A DNA stretch of 64,000 nucleotides from Octopus vulgaris (Eukaryota), in NCBI GenBank assembly GCA_951406725.2, contig OX597815.1:150412001-150476000 (forward strand). The letters are read 5' to 3'. The notes below the pieces were generated by a model. It did not search any database. It saw nothing but the letters and a program-made list of their open reading frames with translations, and had not been told where the DNA came from. A program made the translations under genes and the position numbers. This document shows, one piece after another, positions 1-12,890 of this stretch; the first letter of the stretch is position 1; every line of letters starts with the position of its first letter.

Positions 1-122
1 GGGTTCGCGTCACACGACTCTCCCGGAGACTCGTGGAGCTTTAGTAGTTTTCGCTCAATAAACACTCGCAACGTCTCGTCTGGGAATCGAAACCGCAAGT
101 CTGCTGCCCAGACTACTGAACC
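1..122 (-). mobile_element. tRNA-derived SINE, family B, 5' part
   Basis: Minus strand has a B-box-like GGTTTCGATTCCC followed by GTTTATTGAGCGAA..AAAGCTCCACG, matching the copies at 31110 and 55730. Confidence 0.6.
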
Positions 123-770
123 ATATATATACATATATATTTATTTATTTATCTGTTTTTTTTATTATTTTTTTTTTTTTATATGGATAGAGCAATCTAA
201 TGTTGCTTGGTGGTGATGCAATGTTGCTGAAGCTATCAGAACAGGACATTGCTTCTTCAATATCCAACTTATTCTAAAGAAAATATAATAAGGAAAGGAG
301 GTTAGTGCGGAAAGCATCAAGTAGAGTTCTTGACCTTCTGCGTATGGACATGACAATGAAAGAATAGCAGAACAGCGGCAAGCCTTCAACGAGGAATTGA
401 TTGGTAAGGAGCATTCTAATAATCAAACACCAATCCAATTACTTTTCGAATGTGCTGTGGAATGAAGAACAAAATGAAGAGGCTGTGTTGTATCAATATA
501 TCCACTTACTAATCGATTTACCAATCAGGATTTCCTACGTCTAACTCAACAACAGTCAGTGCATCACTATACGTACATACACATGTATGCATATATATAT
601 ATAAACATATATACGTGTGTGTGTGTTTCTGTGCATGTATTATTAAGATCTGTATCGATTTCTTTTTCCAAACTTGTATCAATATCTCCGAATTCACGTT
701 CATGCATTTGTACTCGCAAGCCACACATACACATATATGCGCAGACATATATACGTCTACACACACACAG

Positions 771-818
<48 letters not shown>

Positions 819-832
819 TATATATGTTCATG

Positions 833-881
<49 letters not shown>

Positions 882-1042
882 GTGTGAATGTGTGTGTCTG
901 TGTGTATGTAAATGTATGTGATTTTGTACGATTTTGCTATATGGTTCCAAAAGAAAACAACCAAAGATTTTGCTATTTAATTACGACAATGAAAGGAAAG
1001 CTTTTCTTACTTCCTCTCTGCCTTTTTCACTCTCTGCCTCAC

Positions 1043-1078
<36 letters not shown>

Positions 1079-1816
1079 GTTCTTCTTTCTCCCTCCATCT
1101 CTGTACAGTTTTTCCTTTACCCGATCCCCCTCTCTCTCTTTGTGCATATATATATATATATATATCAATTCGTATTCCTTTCTCGTCTTGTATAAGGATT
1201 CTTATGAAAAAAAAACCACTACGGCTTTAGTCAATATGAAAATTACAAACACAAAAAAGCAATTGTTCTCTCACGACTCAACAAACAAATCTCTCTAAAA
1301 ACACAATGAATAGTATATTATCTGGTTTAATGTACCGTATAACATGGATATCGAGAGCAGAATTGCAATACAATTTCTCTCTTTGATTATAAAACAATTC
1401 CCAGAATGTCACATATTGTAATAACTTTTCGGTAAAGGAGACATGCTAGGGTTAGTTAGCTGTCGGTTCGTTTTCAACAGTTCCAACTCTAACAAGCTTA
1501 AAGTTTGCAATGTAAAACGATATTTTGCACAATTGATCGAAGAACCTGTAATGTGCAATCGATGAAAATCGAACCACATCACTCTAGAATAAAGATAATT
1601 TGACATAGCATGTTTTTTACGCTATTAGGTAAAAGATGCACAGATATATGATATTTCATTGTGCATTCCCTCACAGACAGATACACGTGCTTTGGAACAT
1701 ACATGTATGGTAGAATCGTCAGTTTAAAGCAGAAAATTATTTGAGGAATTTAGCTTTCCGTTTTGAGTTCAAATCACGCTAGAATTTCTTAGCATTTCCT
1801 TTCTCAAAGTATCGAT

Positions 1817-2080
1817 ATTCTTTTATTCTTTTACTTGCTTCAATCATTTGAGTGCTGTCATGCTGGAGCACCACCTTTAATCGAACAAATCGATGCCAGG
1901 ACTTATTTTTTGTAAGCCTAGTACTTATTCTATCGGTTCCCTTTTGCCGAACCTCTTAGTAACGGGAACATAAACACACCAACATGGTTGGGAGACAAGC
2001 ACTGACACAAATAACAAACACATACATACACACATATATATACATATACATACACACACACATATACACACACTCACACA

Positions 2081-2127
<47 letters not shown>

Positions 2128-2286
2128 GACGGGCTTCTTTCAGTTTCCGTCTACCAAATCCACTCAGAAGGCTTTGGTTGGCCCGAGGCTAAAATAGAAG
2201 ACGCTGCCCAATGTGCCACGCACCGGGACTTTACCCGGAGCCATGTGGTTCAGAAGCAAGTTTCTTACCACACAGCCACTCCTGCC
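1817..2286 (-). mobile_element. SINE family A (dominant tRNA-derived SINE with internal microsatellite)
   Basis: Head GGCAGGAGTGGCTGTGTGGTAAG, body GTAGACGGAAACTGAAAGAAGCCCGTCG, tail GGTGGTGCTCCAGCATG; matches many copies in the window. Confidence 0.85.
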
Positions 2287-2319
2287 TCTATATGGATATA
2301 TTGATTTCGAGTTTTGGCA

Positions 2320-2515
2320 CAAGGCCACCAATTTCCAGGAAGAGGATAAGTCGATTATATGAACCCAGTTTTCAACTGGTTTTTATTTTATCTTTCCCGA
2401 AAGGATGAAAGGCGAATTAAACCCCGATAGAATTTGACCCCAGAATGTAAAAATGGACGAAATGCCGCGAAGTATTTCCCCCTGCGATTACGATTTTACC
2501 AGCTCGCCACCTTAA
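2320..2515 (-). mobile_element. SINE family C
   Basis: Reverse complement AAGGTGGCGAGCTGGTAAAATCG...GCCTTTCATCCTTTCGGG...AGTACCAG-like, homologous to 42774 and 57680. Confidence 0.7.
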
Positions 2516-3595
2516 TATGTCGGTATATTTAAATTAATGGCACCTAACTATGAGAGCAAGTGAGCTGCTGCATACGCGTATGTATTCTCGCTTTTATGTA
2601 TAGGCGATTGTTTGTGTCTATTCATTTGATTAGTAAGTATGATTTATTTCTGGTTGCATCCCCCAAGGTTCTATCTTTCTCTTCCTGTATTCAACATTTT
2701 TCTTCTCATTGCTGTGAAAGGTGTTCATCTGTTCATCATAGGTGCATGTATATAGAAGTATAAGTTGGTTTTGCATGGATACAGTTCAGATATACAGGTA
2801 AATAGTAAATATGTTAACATGTCTCCTACATAACAAATATACGTAGCTTTCAATACAACAGAAAACTAAAAGGGAAAATGGAAAGAGATAAATAAAGTCA
2901 TTGATATTGAAGTAGAAAATTCCAGTAACAATTGCAAACTCATTTCCAGCTGCCGGTGAAATGATAAATAGTGTTACATTTCTCTGAAATTACAGTAAAT
3001 GAGGTTGAATTATATTTCCTTATCTCCACCATTTCAAATCCATTATTCAATCTAATATCTACCATTAGTCTTATATACATTTTCACGTTTATCAACCAGA
3101 CGTCATACATTTAGAGAGCCAGTCCACAAAAGCATTTTACTACTATTTACGCCACATTATAAAATAAAAGAATATATAGTTGACTGTGTGTATACATATG
3201 AGTATATATATATATATATATGTGTGTGTGCGCGTATGTGGGTGTGTGTGTGTGTATGTGCATGTATGTATGTGTCTATGCATGTATACACACATACTCA
3301 CATATGATAATAAATGTAAAATTTCGTGCCATTTTGAATCGAAAACTTAGAGTAAAAGTTGCCTGATTGTGTCTATTTTCATTACTGAATACAGACGCAC
3401 AGATATAAGCGCGCAGACGCACACGATACACCCACCCACAATACACACACACACACACACACACACATGATGCAAGTATATATACATATAAAACAGTCTG
3501 ACGAAGGCAAAAGAAATTGAAATTTCGAGTTACTGCCAATATATTCCTTGTGAAAATTTAATAAAGTATTCAACAAAAAGAAAATCATTCACTTG

Positions 3596-3886
<291 letters not shown>

Positions 3887-4240
3887 ACGATAAAAATTAC
3901 GTTTATGATTTTTATCAAGTAGTCAGCATGCTATGGAAATTTATAGGCAGTACATACATACATACACATGTGCACACGGACATGTTCATACATACATATT
4001 TATATATGTATACATATATGTATGTATATATGTGTTTATGTTTTCCTCTATGAAATTCCAACATGGTCTGAGATTCACGCTCTATATTGGTATGTTTTAA
4101 GATTTTAGAATATTACATAATATTGTAAAATTGTAAAGCACAAGAATAAAACGTGAAACCCACACCATTTAAGAATTTCATCGAGTAATATATGTACCTG
4201 TATATAAAAGATTTTTATATGTATATATATATATATATAT

Positions 4241-4241
<1 letters not shown>

Positions 4242-4337
<96 letters not shown>
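4242..4337. repeat. (GATA)n microsatellite
   Basis: Directly visible; others near 20640, 35195, 42665 and 59815. Confidence 0.95.
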
Positions 4338-4388
4338 CGAATAGGTAAATAAATGGAGTTGAACGAAGATGTTATTAAAATTCTTTTA

Positions 4389-4470
4389 CTTTCGACATAT
4401 GTTTCGAAGACAACATGGTTTTATTCCAAAGGAATAAACGGTGTAAGATGCAATCTTCTCATCAGGAAAG
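4389..4470 (-). ncRNA. Type I hammerhead ribozyme motif
   Basis: Minus strand: CUUUC-CUGAUGA-GAAGA...UCUUC-GAAAC-AUAU-GUC-GAAAG; stems I and II pair perfectly, stem III is palindromic. Confidence 0.8.
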
Positions 4471-4888
4471 AAAGACAGCCTCTCTCAACAACAAGACAAC
4501 AAGACATTATAACAATTTAAATATTCTTTAAATAGTCAGAACTTTAGTCTCGGTCACAAAGAACATCTACGCACCCCGTGCTCTCACCCACCGGAATGAC
4601 CGCTGCCTGACCCGTTAAAATCTTCAACGCACCCACCACCCGTTTTCAACATACATTGATAAACAGTTTGGCCATGGGCTCTTAGGAGCCTCGTTCGTTT
4701 TGTTTTGCTCCGCCTCTGTTCTGTTTTTGTTTTTTCCAACGGATTTCCTATTTCTTCCTGAAGAGAAAGACACAATATGGTCTCCTTATTCAATCGGAAT
4801 TTGGTAAATTGTGCCTTTCAAAACACGTGTAGAATGCAATAAAACGATTTCTGTTCAATCTTCGTTCAATTCCATTTCTTCAATTCAC

Positions 4889-4919
<31 letters not shown>

Positions 4920-5000
4920 TATAGGATAAAAAAATTTTAAGGAAAAAATTTTATCAATGGCCAGCATATCAAAAAATGCCTTTAAAGGTAAAATTTATAC

Positions 5001-5337
5001 ATAATTTACAAGATAAGGGCAGAAGAAAAATTCTAATGCCAAATATGCCGAAACAAAAAATTGTTCATAACCATTATAATTTATGCGTCTCGAAATTAAC
5101 CGATAGAAATCTCTAAAAAATTCGTTATTACCGTACTGGTCCAATTTCGGGGTTAATTCATAAGGCAAAATTTCTTATGAATTAACCCCGAAATTGGACC
5201 AATACAGTAATAATGAATTTTTTAGAGATATCTATCGGTTTATTTCGAGACGCATAAATTATAATGGTTATCAACAATTTTTTGTTTCGGCATATTTGGC
5301 ATTAGAATTTTTCTTCTACCCTTATCTTGTAAATTAT
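5001..5337. repeat. Long palindrome, ~164-bp arms with a 9-bp loop
   Basis: 5001-5164 is the reverse complement of 5174-5337 with about 7 mismatches. Confidence 0.9.
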
Positions 5338-5919
5338 ATATATATAAAGTGTATATATTTATATATATGTTGTGCGTATATATGTACATATTTAATGCGT
5401 AATGTGGTCGGATTGAGCTGAAAATATGCACACCTATGTTAAAAGTGGTAGCGATTTTGCATTGCAGCTTTGAGTTTGCTCAATTGAAAACCATGGCCTC
5501 TAGGGCAAAATTCCTCATCTTTTAAAATGCGGCCCGCGTAGACCCGAATGAAATCAGATTATAATACCGAAACAAGTAAAACAATAATAAACTATTTTAA
5601 TCCTGAGCAAGGCCGGGTATATATGTCTAATCTATAAAATGAAGAAGGCGAACATTGCTACAAATTGGATTTTTATGTAAAAGGGGGTCTAAATGGAGCT
5701 GGAAGGGGATTAAAATTTATTGGAAGGTGTAACTTCAGGTGAGGAATTGATTGGGAGACGTTTTGGGGCCCTACAGTGGTTGCTTTCCTGTGAAAACGGG
5801 TATTTTATTGATTTTGGGGGACAGTTGGGGGTCCAGTGGATGTATCTATCTATGTATATATATATACATATATTTCTATAAAGATATGTATATACGTACA
5901 TATATACATATATACATAC

Positions 5920-5964
<45 letters not shown>

Positions 5965-6473
5965 TATATATATATAGAGAGAGAGGTATTAACACGTACT
6001 TTTGTACTTTTGTTTTAGTGTATCTCACTACAGCCGTTTCAAACTAAGGATTTATCAAGTGTGATTTGTGAGTTAAAGTATGTAATATGTATGTAGTTCT
6101 ATCTTGGAAGTTGTTTACGCTGTCTTATTCTTGTATCGAGGAATATATGTTACATAAATATATGGAGTGCACCACTGTGAATGTGTGTGTGTGTGTGTGT
6201 GGTGGATCTATGTATGCTGGTATGTATTTTGTACCCTTTATCTGAAATTGTATTTGTCGATTGAAACTATCATAGTGATGATAGTTTTATATGATGATAG
6301 TTTTATACAAAAGGACATAAAGCTATTTATTTCGTATAGTGAGTTCTAAATTTGAAAGAAGTCCGCTTCAATCTAATTTAAACGAATATGATTGTGATGA
6401 TAATAAAAAGAAGGGGAAAAATAATTATAATATATACATATATATATATGGCTGTGTGGTATATATATGGCTG

Positions 6474-6873
6474 AGTGGCTGTGTGGTAAGTAGCTTGCTA
6501 ACCAACCACATGGTTCCGGGTTCAGTCCCACTGCGTGGCATCTTGGGCAAGTGTCTTCTGCTATAGCCCCGGGCCGACCAATGCCTTGTGAGTGGATTTG
6601 GTAGACGGAAACTGAAAGAAGCCTGTCGTATATATGTATATATATATAAGTGTGTGTGAATATGTTTGTGTGTCTGTGTTTGTTCCCCTAGCATTGCTTG
6701 ACAACCGATGCTGGTGTGTTTATGTCCCCGTCACTTAGCGGTTCGGCAAAAGAGACCGATAGAATAAGTACTGGGCTTACAAAAGAATAAGTCCCGGGTT
6801 CGAGTTGCTCGATTAAAGGCGGTGCTCCAGCATGGCCGCAGTCAAATGACTGAAACAAGTAAAAGAGTAAAGA
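6474..6873 (+). mobile_element. SINE family A, full length
   Basis: GAGTGGCTGTGTGGTAAG, GGTTCAGTCCC B-box-like motif, tail GGCGGTGCTCCAGCATGGCCGCAGTCAAATGACTGAAACAAGTAAAAG. Confidence 0.9.
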
Positions 6874-6874
6874 G

Positions 6875-6937
<63 letters not shown>

Positions 6938-6963
6938 ATGCACGTACGAATGTACCTATATGT

Positions 6964-7645
6964 ACGACTGGCTGGGTGGATCCTAAGAACATTCAGAACC
7001 AGAGATAAGGAAACCACGATGGTCCTCTGGCGGACATTCGTCCTCAGCCGCCTGGATTACTGCTCACAGCTATGGTCACCCACCAGTGTAAAATTAACAG
7101 CGGACCTTGAAGCAATCCAGAGAAGATTCACTAAGATCGTCTCTTTGCAACAGCTCAGCTACTGGGAAAGGTTGAAACAGCTAAGACTCTACTCCCTGGA
7201 GAGAAGACGGGAGAGGTATGCAGTAATATATGTCTGGAAGATCCTGGAAGGAATTGTGCCAAATTTTGGCATTGTAAGCTACACCAATGCTAGAACGGGA
7301 CGACACTGCATAGTGCCAAAGATCCCAGCAATGCCATCACGCTTCAGGACCACCTTCTGCAACAGGCTGGGTTTCAAGGGCCAACAGGTTTTTAATATTC
7401 TCCCAAAGAGTCTGAGGAACTTGCACAAAGTAGATGTAGCGGTTTTTAAATCAAAGCTGGACATCTTCCTGTCAAGAGTCTTAGATGAACCTACCTCACA
7501 GCAAGAGGTGCAAATGAGAGTAGCTGTATCAAACTCCATTCTTCACCAAGTGCCACATATTAGACGAGGTTCGTTGTAATAACAGTGTAGCACAAAACGG
7601 CGGTGCATCAGCATGGCCGCAGCTCTGAGCTGAAACTAGAAAAAA
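6964..7645 (+). mobile_element. 5'-truncated CR1-group LINE (ORF2 C-terminus plus 3' tail)
   Basis: ORF 6938..7579 has SRLDYCSQLWSP, LEAIQRRFTK, SYWERLKQLRLYSLERRR; homologous to the 48848 ORF. Confidence 0.9.
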
Positions 7646-8205
7646 TATATATATATATATACACACACACATATATATGTTTTATGTATGTTTTATATAC
7701 ATATATATATACATATATGTATATGTATTCATGTATGTATATGTATGTTTTTTAAAGACAAGCTACCATCTATATACATTTGTATATTTGCGTGAATGTG
7801 TGTATGTGTGTGTGTGTGCGTGTACGTGTGAAATTACCGGTGTGTGTGTGGAGCTACTTTTTATGACTTATATATCTCCGTCTTTGTGTGTTTTTCTGTG
7901 TGTAAATGTGTGTGGATTGTGAGTAGATGTGATATCTTAATGAGTCCATTACTAAATATATCATATTCTGTCTTCATCTCGACTGGTTTCTAATTAAACT
8001 TCTGCCATAATTGTCTTTTCCATTCACCCCTCTAGCTCTGATTAAATAAATACCAATAATACGATGGTCTCATTTTAATCAACCAAGACTTTTCTCTTAA
8101 ATTCTAGTCTTCAAACATGCATAAACATCAAAATATAAGGCATACATACATACGCACACACATACATACATGCAGAAACACATACACGCAAACATAAGTA
8201 CATAC

Positions 8206-8278
<73 letters not shown>

Positions 8279-9133
8279 TACATACCTACATATATGTATG
8301 CATAGACATAAATATATACAAACACACGTCATACAATCAGAAACATATATATATATATATGTGTGTGTATGTATATGTATATATGTGTGTGTGTGTCTGT
8401 ATGTATGTATGTATATGTATATATACGCGCGCGCGTGTGTGTGTGTGTGTGTAGACAGGAGAGGGAGAGATAATTACACACGTGTATGTAATTATGTCTC
8501 ACATATGTTTGTATTTAAGTTTGTCTGCATGTATGGTGCGGTATGTCTGTATGCACATATCTGAGTATGTAAGCAAGTTTACACGTAAAAGTATACTCTC
8601 TCAAGTTATTATATCTGTTCAGGGTTGTTGTATTGACGGAGGCGACAGTGGCTCATTAATAAGCGAAAGCAAGCTAAATTCAGCCACCATTTATCCAACA
8701 ATATCACCTTCTGCGCTGTAACTGATGGTATATAAACAAACAATAGCGTGGACACCTCAAGTAATTACAGTCACCGTTTTGCACTAGAAACTCTGTTAAA
8801 ACTAAACAAAATGCTTTGTGCGATAAAATGGAATAAGATTTAAATGTGTCCATAGCTATAAACTTTCTGGGTAGCGAGTACCTAATTTCTCTTCTAAGCA
8901 GGATGATTCCATCTCCAGTGAAACTTACATTCGTTTATTCTTTTATCCTTTTACTTGTCTCAGTCATTTGACTGTGGTCATACTGGAGCAACGCCTTTTA
9001 GTCAAGTAAATTGACCCCAGGACTTATTCTTTCTAAGCTTAAAATTTATACTATCCGTTGTCAGGCGAAAGTGGGGAGACGAAAGCAGACACAGAAACAT
9101 ACATATATACATACATAAACATATATACATACG

Positions 9134-9203
<70 letters not shown>

Positions 9204-9851
9204 AGAGAAAAACCTCTATTAAACAATTCAAAGGTGAAAGACGTTATTCACACTATATAGAAAAGGTTAAATATACTAGAGAAAACATTATTTTAAAAAG
9301 GGAGTACATAAACAATGAATAGTAAATAGACTACGCGCGTTTCGTCGCTAATAATAATAAAATCAAATCGATTAAAACTAAATCGATCTAAAATTATATC
9401 TATTTAAAGATATAATCACTCATCAGAATATAAGGCATACATACATACGCACACACATACATACATGCATAAACACATACACGCAAACATAAGTATATAC
9501 GTGCATATACATTTGGCTACATACCTACATATATGTATGCATAGACATAAATATATACAAATACACGTCATACAATCAGAAATATATATATATATGTCTC
9601 TGTCTCTCCCTATCTCTTCTCGCTCTCTCTCCCAGTCACACACACATTCATTTTGGAATCACCACTACTTTATTATATCCCCTTCTTCCTAGCTCTCCTG
9701 CGTGAACCCTCTGTCCGGCATTCGCCATGATAGATCGCTAGCTACTACACATTGAATCGTTTAATAGAGGTTTTTCTCTAAATTTTATACATATAGTATA
9801 TATTGTGAAATTTGATTGTAAGTTTTGGAATCATATTCCCTACTTTGGGTA

Positions 9852-10012
9852 CGACTGGCTTCTTTCATTCTCCGTCTACCAAATCCATTCACAAGGCTTT
9901 GGTCGGCCCGAGGCTGTAGTAGAATACACTTACCCAAGGTGATATGCAGTGGGACTGAAACCGGAACCATGTGGTTGGTAAGCAAGCTACTTACCACACA
10001 GCCACTCCCACG
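9852..10012 (-). mobile_element. SINE family A, 5' half
   Basis: Reverse complement of the family A head. Confidence 0.8.
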
Positions 10013-11129
10013 CCTATACTTTATAAGACTAGTAATTATCCTATCCTTCGCTTTGCCGAAACGCTAGGTTACTGGGACGTAAACACACCAGTATCGATTG
10101 TCAAGGGATGTTGGCGTCACATGGGTTCAACTCTCCTCTCCTCTTCATCTAACCACCTACCCTCTCCTGTCTCCCACTCACACAACACTTCCTCTCACCC
10201 ACCTGTTCTCTCTTGCTCCGACTCCTACTTCTCTTCACTCCTACTCTCCTTCTCTCTTTTGTTCACTCCTACCCACCTTCTATCTTTCCCCTCTCCGTTC
10301 ATCGTCACTCCTCCCTCGTAACCCTACCCCATACAATCCAAACCCCACCTTCTCTATCCATCCCATCCCACCCCTACACAATCCCTTACCCTACTTCTAC
10401 CACCACCTTCAACTCTACCATACCTCAGCCTGACCCGCACCCCACCATTGCTTTCCTCATTTTCGCCTCCCACACATCCCAACACCATCACACCACACAA
10501 CACAACGCTACACCATATACCACCATACCACACAATACCACATCACATCACATCACACCACCACGCACACAGTAGCACTAACCACTTCCCAGGACCACAT
10601 TCACACACCTACACATATACACATGTATACGTCAAGGTCACCAGCCCTCTTCCACATGCACATACAGCTCTATTATATACACGCACGCGCACCTTCATTT
10701 TGGGATCACCACTACTTTATTATCAACCCTTCTTCCTAAATCTCCTGTGTGACCCTTTTGTCCGGTATTCGCCATGATAGATCGCTAGCCACTACATATT
10801 CTTTATTTTCTCTCCTTGTTTCTTTCTGTGTTCTTTTCTGTGAAAGAGCGTAGGCTCGAAACGTAAAGAAACCGCTTTCACTTTCCGTCTACTAAATCCA
10901 CTTACAAGGCTATAGCAGAAGACACTTGCCATGTTGCCACGCAATGGGACTGGACCCGGAAACATGTGGTTGGTAAGCAAGCCACTTACCACACAGCCTC
11001 TTCTGCGCCTTTATTAATTATCATTTTGCTAGTTTGTTTGCTTAATTATGCATATATTAGCCAGGAATATTCTTATCTTTTCTTTCTTGTCAAAATTCTT
11101 GCGCCTGCTCACACCGGCTTGTTTAGACT

Positions 11130-11560
11130 GTGCTACGCCTCTTATCGTCTGTCCTTCTTTCTTTTTTCTTTGTCTTCTTTTACTTCCACCTTCGACTTCT
11201 CTTCTTATTTGTCTTCGTCGTCATCTTCCTCATTGTTTTCAACGTCCTTGTCTTCTTCTGCTCTCTCCTTCCTCTTCTTTTTCTTCCCCTCCTTCCGCTT
11301 CTTTTTCTTCCCCGTCTCCCCCATCTTCTTTCTTCTTCTTCTTCTTTCTTTTTCCTCTTTCATCATCTTTCTTCCCCTTCTTCTTCTACCCCTCCTTCTT
11401 TTTCCCCTCTCCTTCCCCTTCTTTTTTCCCCCCTACTTCCCCTTCTTCCCCTTCTTCCTTTTCTTGTTCTCCTTCTTCCCCTTCTTCTTCTTCTTCTTCT
11501 TCTTCTTCTTCTTCTTCTTCTTCTTCTTCTTCTTCTTCTTCTTCTTCGTCGTCGTCGACG
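11130..11560. repeat. Pyrimidine-rich low-complexity tract ending in (CTT)n
   Basis: Directly visible; source of the spurious F/S/L-rich ORFs. Confidence 0.9.
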
Positions 11561-11689
11561 TCATGGCCTTGTTTAACTTCTTTCCCTTCTTATCTTATCT
11601 TTTTTCATCTACTTACCCTTTTTTCTTTCTCTTTGTCATTGTCGTTTTTCTTTTCACCTTCCAAGTCACCTCGACCAAGATGAATTTCA

Positions 11690-12330
11690 CGTTGTCACAG
11701 CAGGTGTCTCTGTCACCTCGCTAGATTTGTTAGATCAAAGATTTAATAGATTTCATGTTGTCTGTAAATCTGCGAGTAACTTCAATGCAATTGAATAGCT
11801 TCCAGTTCTATTTTAGAATGCAGAAGTCTCCAAAACGTAACACCAAGTACGGCCTATTGCGCAGCACGTTAACATTGGTCGGCAATTCCTAACCTTCTTT
11901 GAGTCACAACAGTAAACAAAATGTAAAACAAAATTTTAATTATAAAATACTGAGAGAGAAACGACGTGGGAAGTCCTAGCCTTAAAATTAACTATAAGCT
12001 CTTAAAAGACTTCTCAAATGAAACTCTAGACCCAATGGGGACCTGAGCCATTTCTTTAGTCTTGTGCTCACGCCGTGATATGTCTTGAGGCGCCATGAGA
12101 AGCCTAGTGTACATACAGTCAAGTTGATCTTGAAACTCCTTTTTCATAAACCAAGTTTGAGCTCTGTTGAGAAGAAAGCTCCCTACATACGTACTGAGGA
12201 GGTATAATACGACTGAAACACGCAGGTGTCTCTCAACTTCCTTTCTGACTGAGTTCAGAAAGTTCCTGTCAGCATTCAATTTTCTATGAAACTGAATGTT
12301 CGATTTCATTAAAATTATCTCCCTTTCTAT
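11690..12330 (-). pseudogene. Decayed RTE-like LINE ORF fragment
   Basis: ORF 11992..12309 (SFLLNRAQTWFMKKEFQDQLDCMYTRLLM) resembles the RTE post-RT motif SxLLYGxETW...LDxxYxRxL. Confidence 0.5.
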
Positions 12331-12376
12331 TGAAAGTCGCTAGAAAAGTTGTTATTTGATTTTTTCAACTAAGAAT

Positions 12377-12562
12377 AGGCGCAGGCATGGTTTTAAAGGT
12401 GCAGGCATGGCTATGTGATTAAAACGGTCGGTTAGAAATCACGTGGCTTTCGGTTCAGTCTCACTGCGCGTCACCTTGGACAAGTGTTTTCTAATATAGC
12501 ACTGGGCAAACTAATGCCTTGTGACTGAATTTGGTAGACGAAAATTGTATGGAAACCCGACG

Positions 12563-12598
<36 letters not shown>

Positions 12599-12602
12599 TC
12601 TA

Positions 12603-12641
<39 letters not shown>

Positions 12642-12890
12642 GGGGGTGCACGCGTGCGTCTGGGGGGGGAAGAGAGTGTCTTTGTGTCTGCACTTGTCCC
12701 CCATCCACCACTTGACAACCAGTGCTGGTTTGATAATGTACCCGTAACCTAGCGGTTTGACAAAAGTAACCAATAAAATAAGTATCATAACTCAAAATAA
12801 AATATATGAGTAATAACTGGGATCGACTAAAAGCCTTCAAGATGTTGCCCCAGCATGGCCGTAGCCCAATGACGGAATATCGTAAAAGAT
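12377..12890 (+). mobile_element. SINE family A, diverged full copy
   Basis: Head GGCGCAGGCATGG (partly duplicated), body and tail CCCCAGCATGGCCGTAG. Confidence 0.8.

Noticed and set aside
5600-5631. Helitron-type 3' hairpin plus CTAA end
   Set aside because: Imperfect hairpin, non-canonical terminus, no identifiable 5' end
6474-6545. tRNA genes at SINE heads (also 31110 and 40113)
   Set aside because: A/B-box-like motifs continue directly into SINE bodies; no full cloverleaf
8615-8721. Plus-strand exon GCCIDGGDSG...
   Set aside because: Short, no recognisable homology, no partner exons
10966-11724. 252-aa hydrophobic membrane-protein-like ORF
   Set aside because: Starts in a SINE fragment and runs through CTT low-complexity sequence
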